A stretch of 64,000 bases of DNA, from positions 9,763 to 73,762 of the forward strand of contig CAYTGC010000001.1 in assembly GCA_964437195.1 (NCBI GenBank), in the 5' to 3' direction. This stretch comes from an uncultured Myxococcales bacterium (lineage in GTDB: Bacteria > Myxococcota_A > Polyangia > Palsa-1104 > JAEUJZ01). Both the position numbers and the translations under genes were made by a program. The notes beneath the pieces are model-generated. The model was not told where the DNA came from. It ran no database searches and saw nothing but the letters and a program-made list of their open reading frames with translations. Positions 20,592 to 29,778 of the stretch are shown here, in pieces; position 1 is the stretch's first letter, and each line of letters begins with the position of its first letter.

Positions 20592-21500
20592 ATGACGCCG
20601 CTTCCCACATCCGTCGATGAGCTGTCACAGCTTCTGGCGCGACATCGGTACGTCGCGGATGTGGGACTAGCGACGGTACTTTATCTGTCAATGCGTCTGG
20701 GGCGCCCGCTGCTCCTCGAAGGAGAAGCGGGTGTGGGCAAGACCGAGGTCGCCAAAGTCTTGGCCAAGGCGCTCGGACGCAAGCTAATACGGCTTCAGTG
20801 CTACGACGGACTGGATCTTTCGCAATCGTCGTACGAATGGGATCATGCGAGGCAGCTCCTCGCGATTCGGTTCGCCGAGGCGATGGGTGAACGCGACCGC
20901 GAAGCGCTGACGAAAGAGCTGTATTCGGAAAAGTACCTGATTCGGAGGCCACTGCTGGAGGCGCTCGCACCGCAACCCGAAGGTCCCCCCGTCCTGCTCA
21001 TCGACGAAGTGGACCGCGCAGATGAGCCGTTCGATGCGTTTCTCCTCGAAGTTTTGTCGGACTTTCAGATCTCGGTGCCAGAGCTTGGGGTGATCAAAGC
21101 ACCGTCGCCACCGCTCTGCGTTCTGACCTCGAACCGTACGCGCGAAATCCACGACGCACTCAAACGCCGCTGCCTGTACCACTTCCTCGGTTATCCGTCT
21201 CACAAGCGCGAGCTAGAGATTGTTGCAATGCGTGCGCCCGAAGCCAGCGGGCGTCTCGCGGCACAGGTCGTCGCACTGGTACAAAAGCTGCGACAGCTGG
21301 ACCTGTTTAAGCCGCCAGGCGTCGCCGAGACGCTCGACTGGGTGGCCGCACTTGTCGCACTTCACCGCCAGGTCGTCGAGTATGACTCCGTCGAGGCGAC
21401 CCTCGGTGTGGTGCTGAAGTATCAGGATGACGTCGCCAAGGTGCAGGGCGCGCTGGCCCAAAAGCTCGTCGAGGAAGCAACGGACGTGACCGGGGCATAA
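20592..21500 (+). CDS. MoxR-type AAA+ ATPase (CoxD-like)
   Basis: Walker A GEAGVGKT, Walker B LLIDEVDR, ~300 aa. Lies immediately after coxSLM. Confidence 0.8.
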   Translation: MTPLPTSVDELSQLLARHRYVADVGLATVLYLSMRLGRPLLLEGEAGVGKTEVAKVLAKALGRKLIRLQCYDGLDLSQSSYEWDHARQLLAIRFAEAMGERDREALTKELYSEKYLIRRPLLEALAPQPEGPPVLLIDEVDRADEPFDAFLLEVLSDFQISVPELGVIKAPSPPLCVLTSNRTREIHDALKRRCLYHFLGYPSHKRELEIVAMRAPEASGRLAAQVVALVQKLRQLDLFKPPGVAETLDWVAALVALHRQVVEYDSVEATLGVVLKYQDDVAKVQGALAQKLVEEATDVTGA

Positions 21501-21503
21501 GCA

Positions 21504-22697
21504 ATGCCGCCCGCCGATTCAGCCTTCGTCACCAACATCTTGCGGTTCGCACGGCTGCTGCGGCGCGCCGGACTGCGGCTCGGTTCGTCGTCGGTGCTCG
21601 ACGCGCTGCAAGCGCTGCAACTGATCGATCTCGGCTCTCGCGAGCAGGTCCGCGCTGCGCTGCGTACGGTGTTTGTCCGTCGCAGTGAGGATCTGGCGGT
21701 GTTTGAACAAGCGTTCCTCTTGTTTTTCGAGCATCGCCGAGTCACGACCGAAGCTGACCAAATGCAATCCAAGCCGTCACCGAACAGTGATCCGCTGCTG
21801 CGTCGGCTCACCGATTCGCTGTTCGGTCACTCGGCGCTGCCGCAGACAAAGGGCCCATCGCTGGAAGCAGAGGGAATGCCGAGCTGGTCCGCCGAACGGG
21901 CACTTCGCCAGCGTGACTTCGCGGACATGACCACAGACGATCTGGCCGAGGCGCGTCGCTTGATCGCGGAGCTGCGCTTTGCCCTGTCACCACGACCGAT
22001 CCGCCGGACTCGCCCGTCGCCGCAAGGACTGCAGTTCGATTTTCGACGAACGCTGCTGCTCGCGCTGCGCAGCCACGGCGAACTGCTCGTCCCTCAGTAT
22101 CGTCAGCGCCGACACGAACCACCGCCCCTGTGTGTCCTGTGTGACGTGAGCGGCTCGATGTCCCGATACACCGAGATGCTGCTGCGGTTTGCCCATACGC
22201 TGCTGTTGCAGCGCCGCCGCGTCGAGGTGTTCCTGCTGGGCACCGAGCTTTCGCGCGTGACGCACAGCCTCCGGGGCCGAGACATTGACCTCGCGCTGCG
22301 TCGCTGTGCCAAGCAAGTTCAAGACTTTGATGGCGGTACGCGGCTGGCGACGGCGCTGCACGACTTCAACCAGCACTTTTCGCGACGGGTGCTCGCGCAA
22401 GGGGCATGGCTGCTCCTTATCAGTGATGGCCTCGATCGCGACGACCAGCACGATCTCGCAGCCGAAGCGGAACGACTGCACAAGTCGACGAAACGGTTCG
22501 TGTGGTGCAACCCGCTGCTCGGTTTTGCCGAGTTTTCACCCAAAGCGTCCGGTATCCGCGCGCTTTTGCCACATGTGGACGAATTCCGTCCGATCCATAA
22601 CCTGGATAGCCTGGCCGCCTTGGTCGCAGCGCTCCGAGAGAAACCGGCGGCTTTACAGCGGCGGGCTGTCTCAGCTACCGTGCTTGCCGCAAAATAA
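21504..22697 (+). CDS. VWA-domain protein (CoxE-like)
   Basis: C-terminal VWA/MIDAS-like block ([10 protein letters not shown]). Paired with the MoxR ATPase as in cox clusters. Confidence 0.7.
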   Translation: MPPADSAFVTNILRFARLLRRAGLRLGSSSVLDALQALQLIDLGSREQVRAALRTVFVRRSEDLAVFEQAFLLFFEHRRVTTEADQMQSKPSPNSDPLLRRLTDSLFGHSALPQTKGPSLEAEGMPSWSAERALRQRDFADMTTDDLAEARRLIAELRFALSPRPIRRTRPSPQGLQFDFRRTLLLALRSHGELLVPQYRQRRHEPPPLCVLCDVSGSMSRYTEMLLRFAHTLLLQRRRVEVFLLGTELSRVTHSLRGRDIDLALRRCAKQVQDFDGGTRLATALHDFNQHFSRRVLAQGAWLLLISDGLDRDDQHDLAAEAERLHKSTKRFVWCNPLLGFAEFSPKASGIRALLPHVDEFRPIHNLDSLAALVAALREKPAALQRRAVSATVLAAK

Positions 22698-22767
22698 CCG
22701 GGCCACGCGATTGTCGCGGGCGCGTTTTCCTTTCCGCAAACCTTCAGACACATACACGAGGTTTTTC

Positions 22768-24165
22768 GTGAGCAAGTCCACCCGCATCGAAAAAGATACC
22801 TTCGGTGACATCGAAGTCCCGTCGGACCGCTACTACGGCGCGCAGACGCAGCGCTCACTCCAGAACTTCCGCATCGGTGGTGAGCGCTTCCCGCGGGAGT
22901 TCATCTACGCGCTCGGCATCGTCAAGAAAGCCGCAGCGCGCACGAATACCCGACTCGGCAAACTCGATGGCAAGCTGCTCCCGGCGATCGAACAGGCCGC
23001 GGACGAAGTCATTGGCGGAAAGCTCGATGACCACTTCCCTCTCGTCGTTTGGCAGACGGGATCGGGCACGCAGACCAACATGAACGCCAACGAGGTCATC
23101 GGCAACCGCGCCAGCGAAATTCTCGGCGGCGTCCTCGGCAGCAAGAAGCCAGTTCACCCGAATGATCACGTCAACATGTCGCAGTCGACCAACGACTCGT
23201 TTCCAACGGCAATGCACGTTGCAATCGTTGACCGGGTGGCAAACGGCCTGCTGCCTGCGCTGACCCGACTTGCCGAGACGCTTGAGGCCAAGAGCCGACA
23301 GTTTGCGCACATTGTAAAGATTGGTCGCACCCACCTGATGGATGCGACACCGCTGACCCTGGGACAGACGTTTTCGGGTTATGCGGCGCAGGTACGCGGC
23401 GCGCAGGCCGCAGTGAAAGCCGCGTTGCCGCAGATGTACGAGCTGGCCGCGGGCGGCACTGCAGTCGGAACCGGCCTAAACAGCCATCCTCGCTATGCCG
23501 TCGAAGTGGCCGCCGAAATTGCAACGCTGACCGGACTTCCGTTTGTCACCGCGCCCAATAAGTTTGCCGCCCTGGCGGCGCACGACGCGGTGGTGACGCT
23601 GTCAGGAACGCTGAAGACGACCGCGGTGGCTCTCAACAAAGTGGCCAACGACATCCGACTGCTTGGATCGGGACCACGCTGTGCACTTGGTGAGCTGCGC
23701 CTACCGGAAAACGAGCCAGGCAGCTCGATCATGCCGGGCAAAGTCAATCCGACGCAGTGCGAGGCCATGACGATGGTTTGTGCCCAGGTCGTCGGCAATG
23801 ACACGGCGGTGTCCTTCGCGGGTGCACAAGGTCACTTCGAGCTAAACGTGTTCAAGCCAGTGCTCGCCTACGCGACGCTTCAGTCGGTGCGGCTGCTCAC
23901 GGATTCGTGCCACTCGTTTGTCGACCACTGCGTTGTCGGAATCGAAGCAGACGAGGCGCGAATCAAGGAACTCGTCGATCGCTCGCTGATGCTGGTGACG
24001 GCACTGGCTCCAAAGCTGGGCTACGACATGGCGGCGAAGATTGCCAAGACGGCGCACAAAGAAGGCAAGACGCTGAAGCAGGTAGCGCTCCAGTTTGGCG
24101 TGCTCACCGAAGCAGAGTTTGACGCCGTCGTCCGCCCCGAAGAGATGTGCGAGCCAAAGCCGTAA
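22768..24165 (+). CDS. fumC: Class II fumarate hydratase
   Basis: The GTG at 22768 gives [30 protein letters not shown]. The [16 protein letters not shown] signature is present. ~465 aa. The longer track ORF from 22285 overlaps coxE. Confidence 0.95.
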   Translation: MSKSTRIEKDTFGDIEVPSDRYYGAQTQRSLQNFRIGGERFPREFIYALGIVKKAAARTNTRLGKLDGKLLPAIEQAADEVIGGKLDDHFPLVVWQTGSGTQTNMNANEVIGNRASEILGGVLGSKKPVHPNDHVNMSQSTNDSFPTAMHVAIVDRVANGLLPALTRLAETLEAKSRQFAHIVKIGRTHLMDATPLTLGQTFSGYAAQVRGAQAAVKAALPQMYELAAGGTAVGTGLNSHPRYAVEVAAEIATLTGLPFVTAPNKFAALAAHDAVVTLSGTLKTTAVALNKVANDIRLLGSGPRCALGELRLPENEPGSSIMPGKVNPTQCEAMTMVCAQVVGNDTAVSFAGAQGHFELNVFKPVLAYATLQSVRLLTDSCHSFVDHCVVGIEADEARIKELVDRSLMLVTALAPKLGYDMAAKIAKTAHKEGKTLKQVALQFGVLTEAEFDAVVRPEEMCEPKP

Positions 24166-25632
24166 GTGACGTCACCATCGATCCATAACACCGACGGCCA
24201 GATCGATCGCGGAACGAAGCTGCGGCCACTGGATATCGCGCTGCGCGTTCTGCTTCGCGTCGATGAAGGTGCGTACGCGACGTTGGCGCTCTCGGGAGAG
24301 CTGTCAAAGCAGTCGCTGCCCGAGTCCGATCGCTCGCTGATTACCGAGCTTACCTACGGCACGCTGCGGCAAGTTCGGCGCGTGGATCGGGCACTCGTCG
24401 CGCATGCACCGCGTGGACTCGAAAAGCTCGACGCGACCACACGGGCACTTTTGCGGCTGGGCGCATATCAGCTTCTGTTTATGCAGGCGCAGCCGCACTT
24501 CGTGGTCGATGCGGTCGTGACCCAAATCAAGAAGCGACGCGGGGCGGGACTTGCGGGCTTTGCCAATGCAGTGCTGCGCAAGCTGGTGCAAACCGGCGAA
24601 CCAGCGCTACCGCCCTACCCTTCCGACGGTGAACACGTTAGCCAGGACAAGTGGTGCAAGCTGCTCGCGCTGCATCACAGCATGCCGGATGCGCTCGTCG
24701 AGCAGTTTTGGCAAGTGATCCCCAATCCGCAAGAGCTGGATGCCCTGCTGCGCTCGCTGTCTCAGCCGGCCCCAACGTGGCTGCGACTGAACCCACTACG
24801 CGCAACGCGAGACGATGCACTGGTGGCCCTTCGGAGCGAGCTTGCGCAGGCCCCGCTTCTGCACCCGATCGTTCCCGAGGCCGTCGAGCTGCGAGGCGGA
24901 CATCCGTTTTCGGGTCCAGGTTTTGCGAAAGGCTTTTTTACCGCCCAAGATCTCGCCGCGCAGCTCACGACCAGACTGCTCTTTGCATCGACGCCCAGCG
25001 GTCCACTGAAACTTCCAGACGGTGCGATCCTCGACGGCTGTGCGGGTGTGGGCGGCAAGACTTGTCACCTGTCGTCTCTCACGGAAAACCAGCGAGAAAT
25101 CGATGCGGTCGACCGTCTGCCGCGCAAACTGGAGCTTCTGCGCGACCACGCCCACCGGCTCGGTTGCAAACGAATTCGGACGATTTGTGGCGACTTTCTC
25201 GACGTGGAAACGCCACTGAGACAGGCCTACGCGGCGGTTCTCCTCGATGCGCCCTGCAGTGGCTCGGGGGTGCTCCGTCGCCATCCCGAAGCAAGACTGC
25301 GTCCGCCGAATCTTGCGGAGCTATCCGGGCTGCAAGCACGACTTCTCGACCGAGCGGCCCAGCTTGTCGCGCCGGGCGGCGTGCTTTTGTATTCGGTGTG
25401 CAGCCTGTTTGTCCCCGAAGGTCCGGCCCAGATTGCGTCGTTTCTTGCCCGACATCCGGACTTTTCGCCACTGCCGCCCGCCTCGGACGATCCGATTTTC
25501 TCATCGAATTTGACGCCGCTGTGCGAGCCCAAGCCGCCGTTTGCGCTGCGAACGCTGCCCCACCGCGACAACGCCGATGGCTTTTATGCGGTCCGACTTC
25601 TGCACACTTGTACGTCTGGGCCGACGGAGTAA
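24166..25632 (+). CDS. rsmB: 16S rRNA (cytosine-C5)-methyltransferase, RsmB/Sun family
   Basis: N-terminal NusB-like region followed by a SAM methyltransferase domain. The catalytic block is DAPCSGSGVLRRHPE, with a second Cys block (YSVCS). Confidence 0.8.
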   Translation: MTSPSIHNTDGQIDRGTKLRPLDIALRVLLRVDEGAYATLALSGELSKQSLPESDRSLITELTYGTLRQVRRVDRALVAHAPRGLEKLDATTRALLRLGAYQLLFMQAQPHFVVDAVVTQIKKRRGAGLAGFANAVLRKLVQTGEPALPPYPSDGEHVSQDKWCKLLALHHSMPDALVEQFWQVIPNPQELDALLRSLSQPAPTWLRLNPLRATRDDALVALRSELAQAPLLHPIVPEAVELRGGHPFSGPGFAKGFFTAQDLAAQLTTRLLFASTPSGPLKLPDGAILDGCAGVGGKTCHLSSLTENQREIDAVDRLPRKLELLRDHAHRLGCKRIRTICGDFLDVETPLRQAYAAVLLDAPCSGSGVLRRHPEARLRPPNLAELSGLQARLLDRAAQLVAPGGVLLYSVCSLFVPEGPAQIASFLARHPDFSPLPPASDDPIFSSNLTPLCEPKPPFALRTLPHRDNADGFYAVRLLHTCTSGPTE

Positions 25633-25644
25633 TATCCCGCCGTC

Positions 25645-26397
25645 ATGAAGTTGGCACTGGTGACAGGAGGCACGCGAGGCATTGGCCTGGCGATTGCCCG
25701 CCGTCTTGCCGTAGATGGACTTTCCGTGGCCGTGACGTATGCCCACGATGCCGCCCAAGCGGAAGCCGCCGTTGCCGCCGCCAATGCCGACGGAATCGAT
25801 CTTTCGCCGATCCGCTGTGACGCAGCATCCGCCGAAGACTGGCAAAAGCTTGGCCAAGCAGGTGGCTTTCTCGATGGAAAGAACGTTGCGGTGCTGGTCC
25901 ATGCCGCTGGTTTTACGCGCGACAAGCTGGCCATGACGATGCCGGTGCGGGACTTCGACGACGTGCTCGGTGTTCATCTGCGTGGCGGTTTTTTGGCGGC
26001 GCAGGCAGTGATGAAAGGCATGATCGCGGCCCGCTTCGGTCGGATTCTGTTCATCTGTTCACCGACAGCGTGGCTCGGGCGACGCGGCCAAACTGCTTAT
26101 GGCGCTGCGAAGGCGGGTCTCTTTGGCCTTACCCGAAGCCTTGTCCAAGAGCTGTCCCGCTTCCAAATCACCTGCAACTGCGTCTCGGCGGGCTTGGTCG
26201 ACACCGCGCTCACCGCCGACATTCCCGAAGCCGTGCGGGCGGAGCTCATGGCCGCCATTCCGCTGGGTCGTCTCGGCACCGCGCAAGAGATCGCCGAGTT
26301 TGTCGCATTCCTGGCCTCGAAGCAGGCCAGCTACATCACCGGACAGTGGCTTGCCGCCGACGGCGGTCTCGACGCCATTCGAGAAGATAGCTTCTAA
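25645..26397 (+). CDS. fabG: 3-oxoacyl-ACP reductase-like short-chain dehydrogenase
   Basis: TGGTRGIG cofactor motif and YGAAKAG catalytic YxxxK. 250 aa. Confidence 0.75.
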   Translation: MKLALVTGGTRGIGLAIARRLAVDGLSVAVTYAHDAAQAEAAVAAANADGIDLSPIRCDAASAEDWQKLGQAGGFLDGKNVAVLVHAAGFTRDKLAMTMPVRDFDDVLGVHLRGGFLAAQAVMKGMIAARFGRILFICSPTAWLGRRGQTAYGAAKAGLFGLTRSLVQELSRFQITCNCVSAGLVDTALTADIPEAVRAELMAAIPLGRLGTAQEIAEFVAFLASKQASYITGQWLAADGGLDAIREDSF

Positions 26398-26445
26398 GCG
26401 CGAATGTTTCCGCGCCCTGTCCGTACTTACCTTGAAGAGAAACCC

Positions 26446-26700
26446 ATGACCGAAACCAGCTTTGTTCAAGAGATCAAACAACTCATCGTAACCAGCCTCA
26501 AGCTCGACAAGTCGCCTGACGAAATCGAAGACAATGCACCCCTTTTTGGCGGCGGACTGGGGCTGGATTCTATCGACGCCCTCGAGCTAGCGGTGGCCAT
26601 CGAGCGCGCCTACCGAGTCACCATTCCCGACGAAAAAGTGGGCAAGCAAGCCTTCACGTCGGCTGCAGCCCTGGCTGACTATGTGGCAAAAAATCGCTAG
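26446..26700 (+). CDS. Acyl carrier protein
   Basis: 84 aa. Phosphopantetheine attachment motif GLDSIDALEL. Confidence 0.8.
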   Translation: MTETSFVQEIKQLIVTSLKLDKSPDEIEDNAPLFGGGLGLDSIDALELAVAIERAYRVTIPDEKVGKQAFTSAAALADYVAKNR

Positions 26701-27334
26701 GTCACTGCTCATCGCTGCGTCGCTGTGGTGTCTGCTTTCGCCCCTTCCGGCCTGGGCCGCGCCACCCCTGTCACCAACGGAGCTTATGAACAAAATCGAC
26801 GCTGCGCAGAAAGATCTGAAGTCGCTGCGTGCCGATTTTGTACAGCACAGCCGCGTGAAGCTGTTCCGTCAGCAAATCAGCTCCGAGGGACGTTTCCTGT
26901 ACGTCAAAGGAACACCGGCCCGCCTGCGCTGGGAATATCTGAGACCCGATCCCTCGACGATGCTGCTGATAGGCGAGCAAGCGACCCTGAAAATGGGGAC
27001 GCGCACGCCGCAGGTGATCGACACCGGGAAAGACCCGACCTTGCGAGCGATCTTTGCGCAGCTCAAGCTGTGGCTCGGGCAAGGCTCACTGCGCGATGCC
27101 GAGGGAGAGTACGAGGTCAAGACCGGTGGCACGACCGATCAACCAGCCCTGCTGCTCGTCCCCAAGGCACAGTCGGTGCTCAGCCGCGTGTTTGCGCGAA
27201 TTGAGCTGCACGTCGACGGAAAGACAATGCTCCTTCGTCGGCTGCTCATGGTTGAACAGAGCGGAGACGAAAAAGAGGTAGTCTTTGGCAAGCTCGAACG
27301 CAATATCGAGCTAGCCGCTTCTCAATTTCAATAA
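26681..27334 (+). CDS. LolA-like (outer-membrane lipoprotein carrier fold) periplasmic protein
   Basis: Signal peptide ending PAWA. LKSLRADFVQ...GRFLYVKGTPARLRWEY is a LolA-like pattern. The start overlaps the ACP stop by 20 nt. Confidence 0.6.
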   Translation: MWQKIARSLLIAASLWCLLSPLPAWAAPPLSPTELMNKIDAAQKDLKSLRADFVQHSRVKLFRQQISSEGRFLYVKGTPARLRWEYLRPDPSTMLLIGEQATLKMGTRTPQVIDTGKDPTLRAIFAQLKLWLGQGSLRDAEGEYEVKTGGTTDQPALLLVPKAQSVLSRVFARIELHVDGKTMLLRRLLMVEQSGDEKEVVFGKLERNIELAASQFQ

Positions 27335-27574
27335 CTCGCCTTGTGAGCATTACTGGATTTCAACACACCACAAAAACGACGGGCGCAAATCTGCTCAAAC
27401 ACAAGGAGCAATTTCCCGTCGCTGAAGGCAGGACTCCTCATAGCTCCTGCTTTGCAAACCAACCAATTGTCCATAACCTGATCTACGCGGGACTCATGCA
27501 GGTACGTACGATGGGCCAAATACCTGTATTGGGCAGCTTTGTGCGCAACGCCGCGCTGGAAAGGGAAGTGGGCT

Positions 27575-27886
27575 ATGGGAACTCGTCTTTATGTTGGTAA
27601 TTTGCCTTATGCAGCGAAAGAACAGGAGATTCAGGACTTCTTTGAGCAGTCTGGTTCTCGCACGGTAACGCAGGTCAAGATCATCACCGACCGCGAGACG
27701 GGACGTCCACGCGGCTTCGCATTTGTCGAGCTGTCCGACGCCAAAATGGCCGAGAGCGCGATCGCCGAACTTCACGGCACCCAGTTTGGTGGCCGCAAGA
27801 TCGTGGTCAACCAAGCCCACACGCCTCGCAACGAAGGTCGCGGTGGCGGTGGCGGTGGCGGCGGCGGCGGACGCGGTCCTCGCTAG
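27575..27886 (+). CDS. RRM-type RNA-binding protein with Gly-rich tail
   Basis: RNP2 LYVGNL and RNP1 RGFAFVEL. C-terminal run of 10 Gly codons (27842-27871). RBS AAGGGAAG. Confidence 0.9.
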   Translation: MGTRLYVGNLPYAAKEQEIQDFFEQSGSRTVTQVKIITDRETGRPRGFAFVELSDAKMAESAIAELHGTQFGGRKIVVNQAHTPRNEGRGGGGGGGGGGRGPR

Positions 27887-28068
27887 TTCACCCAAAGCCC
27901 GATCCACATTCTGATTGTTCACCTCGGATCTTCCGCGGTCCCCCACTTTCTCGCGCTCCAGTTGCGGATTGCCGTTGGCCACGGCCAATGACAGCGGTCC
28001 CCATTCCCAGGATCAAGCTGTCCCCCCGGTTGCGCTTCGCGTGTGTGCTGTGTTAGTGGGTATTTTGC

Positions 28069-28464
28069 GTGCTTTTTTTATTTCGCAGACTGCTGGCGCT
28101 GCTCGTCAGCTTGATTGTGTGGGTTGGCACAGGTCTACCCACACAGGCTGCGTATCGCTGCACGATGATGGACGGCTCACGGATCGCCGCGCCATGCTGT
28201 CCTAGCGAAGTCGAGCACGCCTACGAGTACGCGACCATCTCTGACGACTGCTGTCACAAGCTGCCGACCCCCACGATCGGCACGCCGGGGCCGAGTCCCG
28301 AGCATGACAGCCGATCGCTTGCGCCGGTTTCGGCGGTCATCTCCGTCGTCACCTTTGCGCCGCTTGCGCCCCTCGCAGTTCTCCGACACAGCGCTCTGTA
28401 TTTTTCTGGAGTGCCACCGGGTACCGCGCCGCCCCGTCGAGGAATTACCGTCCTGCAAGTCTAG
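28069..28464 (+). CDS. Small membrane/secreted Cys-rich protein of unknown function upstream of the efflux operon
   Basis: GTG start and a hydrophobic N-terminus. It contains C-x11-CC-x17-CCH plus a Met-Met pair, and a second hydrophobic segment. Coding status rests on position and frame only. Confidence 0.4.
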   Translation: MLFLFRRLLALLVSLIVWVGTGLPTQAAYRCTMMDGSRIAAPCCPSEVEHAYEYATISDDCCHKLPTPTIGTPGPSPEHDSRSLAPVSAVISVVTFAPLAPLAVLRHSALYFSGVPPGTAPPRRGITVLQV

Positions 28465-28524
28465 TCCGCCCGTACGTCTGGGTCGAATCACTTTGACCAA
28501 ACCCTGACTCGGGAGGATGTCTCC

Positions 28525-29778
28525 ATGTTGCGTGATTTGCCTCGCGTTTTTCTCGCGGGACTGGTTCTTATCGGCTCTGTTTTTTCTTCGTCGCTGCGCG
28601 CCGAATCCGGTTCGCTCACGCTGCCGCAGTTTTTGTCGGAAGTCGAAGCGCGCAGTCCACAACTCCTTGCACGTCGAGCGGCAGAAGCGGCGGCCAAGAC
28701 CCGATCCCGTCAAGCGCTCGCCATCGACGACCCGATGCTAATGGTCGAGCTATGGCAGGCACCCACGACACTCGATCGGCTGCCGCTGATGGTCACGCTG
28801 AAGCAACCGATTCCCTGGCCCGGAAAGCTGTCGTCGCGGACTGCGCTGGCTCGGATCGAAGAAGCGCGCGCCCAAGCCGAAACCCAGAGGCAGAAGCAGA
28901 TCTTGCGCCTCTCAGCAGTCCGAGCCTATGCGCTCTACTTGCTCTCGCACCGCTCGCTGGCCGTCAAAGCGGAAAACATCAAGCTGCTGCAAGTGATCGT
29001 TGCGTCCGTCGATGGTCGCTACCGGGTCGGTCGGGCCGATCTGGCCGAGCTGCTCGATGCGCAAGAGTCGCTGCATCAGCAAAACACCGAGCTTTATGAG
29101 CTAGAGCGGCAACGCGAGAGCGCCGAAAGTGAGCTGCTGTCGCTTCTGGGAGAAACAAACGCCCGTGGCTTCGGCAGTCCAGCGTCCAGCCCAGAGCTGT
29201 CGCCGCTTCCACCCATTGATGCGCTGCTCGCACAAGCGGAACGCAGCCGACCCGAGCTTCGCCTCTCGCAGCTTGCCATCCGTCAAGCCGAGGCCCAAGC
29301 GGCCCAAGCGCGCAGCGAACAGGGACCAGATTTTGCGCTGTGGGGCAGTTACATGGTGCCGCTTCGCACCGACATGGAGCGCACATTTACGGTCGGCATC
29401 CAGACCTCGATTCCGTCCTTTTCGCTGCTCCGCAGCCAGGCCTCTAGACAAGAGGCTGAAGCCCTGGCCGCCCAGAACACCCACGAAACGCAGCAGCTTC
29501 GCGCCAGCATCGCAGCCGAAATCCGCGCCGCGTATCTACGCTGTACGACGGTACTTCGCCACTTGGGACTGCATCACGATGATCTGATTCCGCTTTCCGA
29601 TCGTGCAGTGCAAGCCGCCCGGGCCGGATACCAGAGCGGACGGATTCCCCTCTCACTTCTCCTTTCGACCACGCAGCGACTCCTGTCCCAGCGGCTCGAA
29701 TATGAGCGTTACCTGGCGGAGTATCTTTTGCGCCGCGCCGAACTCGATTTTTCCGCTTCCCAAGGAGTGTCGCCATGA
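28525..29778 (+). CDS. TolC-family outer-membrane efflux protein (CusC/CzcC-like)
   Basis: Signal peptide. Two repeated coiled-coil halves typical of OMF proteins. ATGA overlap with the adaptor gene. Confidence 0.8.
   Translation: MLRDLPRVFLAGLVLIGSVFSSSLRAESGSLTLPQFLSEVEARSPQLLARRAAEAAAKTRSRQALAIDDPMLMVELWQAPTTLDRLPLMVTLKQPIPWPGKLSSRTALARIEEARAQAETQRQKQILRLSAVRAYALYLLSHRSLAVKAENIKLLQVIVASVDGRYRVGRADLAELLDAQESLHQQNTELYELERQRESAESELLSLLGETNARGFGSPASSPELSPLPPIDALLAQAERSRPELRLSQLAIRQAEAQAAQARSEQGPDFALWGSYMVPLRTDMERTFTVGIQTSIPSFSLLRSQASRQEAEALAAQNTHETQQLRASIAAEIRAAYLRCTTVLRHLGLHHDDLIPLSDRAVQAARAGYQSGRIPLSLLLSTTQRLLSQRLEYERYLAEYLLRRAELDFSASQGVSP

Noticed and set aside
20592-22697. MoxR AAA+ and VWA pair as an independent, for example defence-type, module
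   Set aside because: The genes follow coxS-L-M with gaps of only 1-3 nt, exactly as CoxD and CoxE maturation factors do in cox clusters.
22285-22767. Long N-terminal extension of the fumC ORF (the track gives 626 aa)
   Set aside because: The extension overlaps the coxE-like gene in another frame and has no FumC similarity. The conserved FumC N-terminus begins at the GTG at 22768.
24651-25820. 389-aa alternative-frame ORF spanning rsmB and fabG
   Set aside because: The product is Arg/Ala/Pro-rich and low in complexity. It crosses a gene boundary, and both overlapped genes have clear family motifs in their own frames.
27842-27871. GGY trinucleotide run as a microsatellite or non-coding repeat
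   Set aside because: It is in frame within the RRM protein gene and encodes the 10-Gly C-terminal tail typical of glycine-rich RNA-binding proteins.
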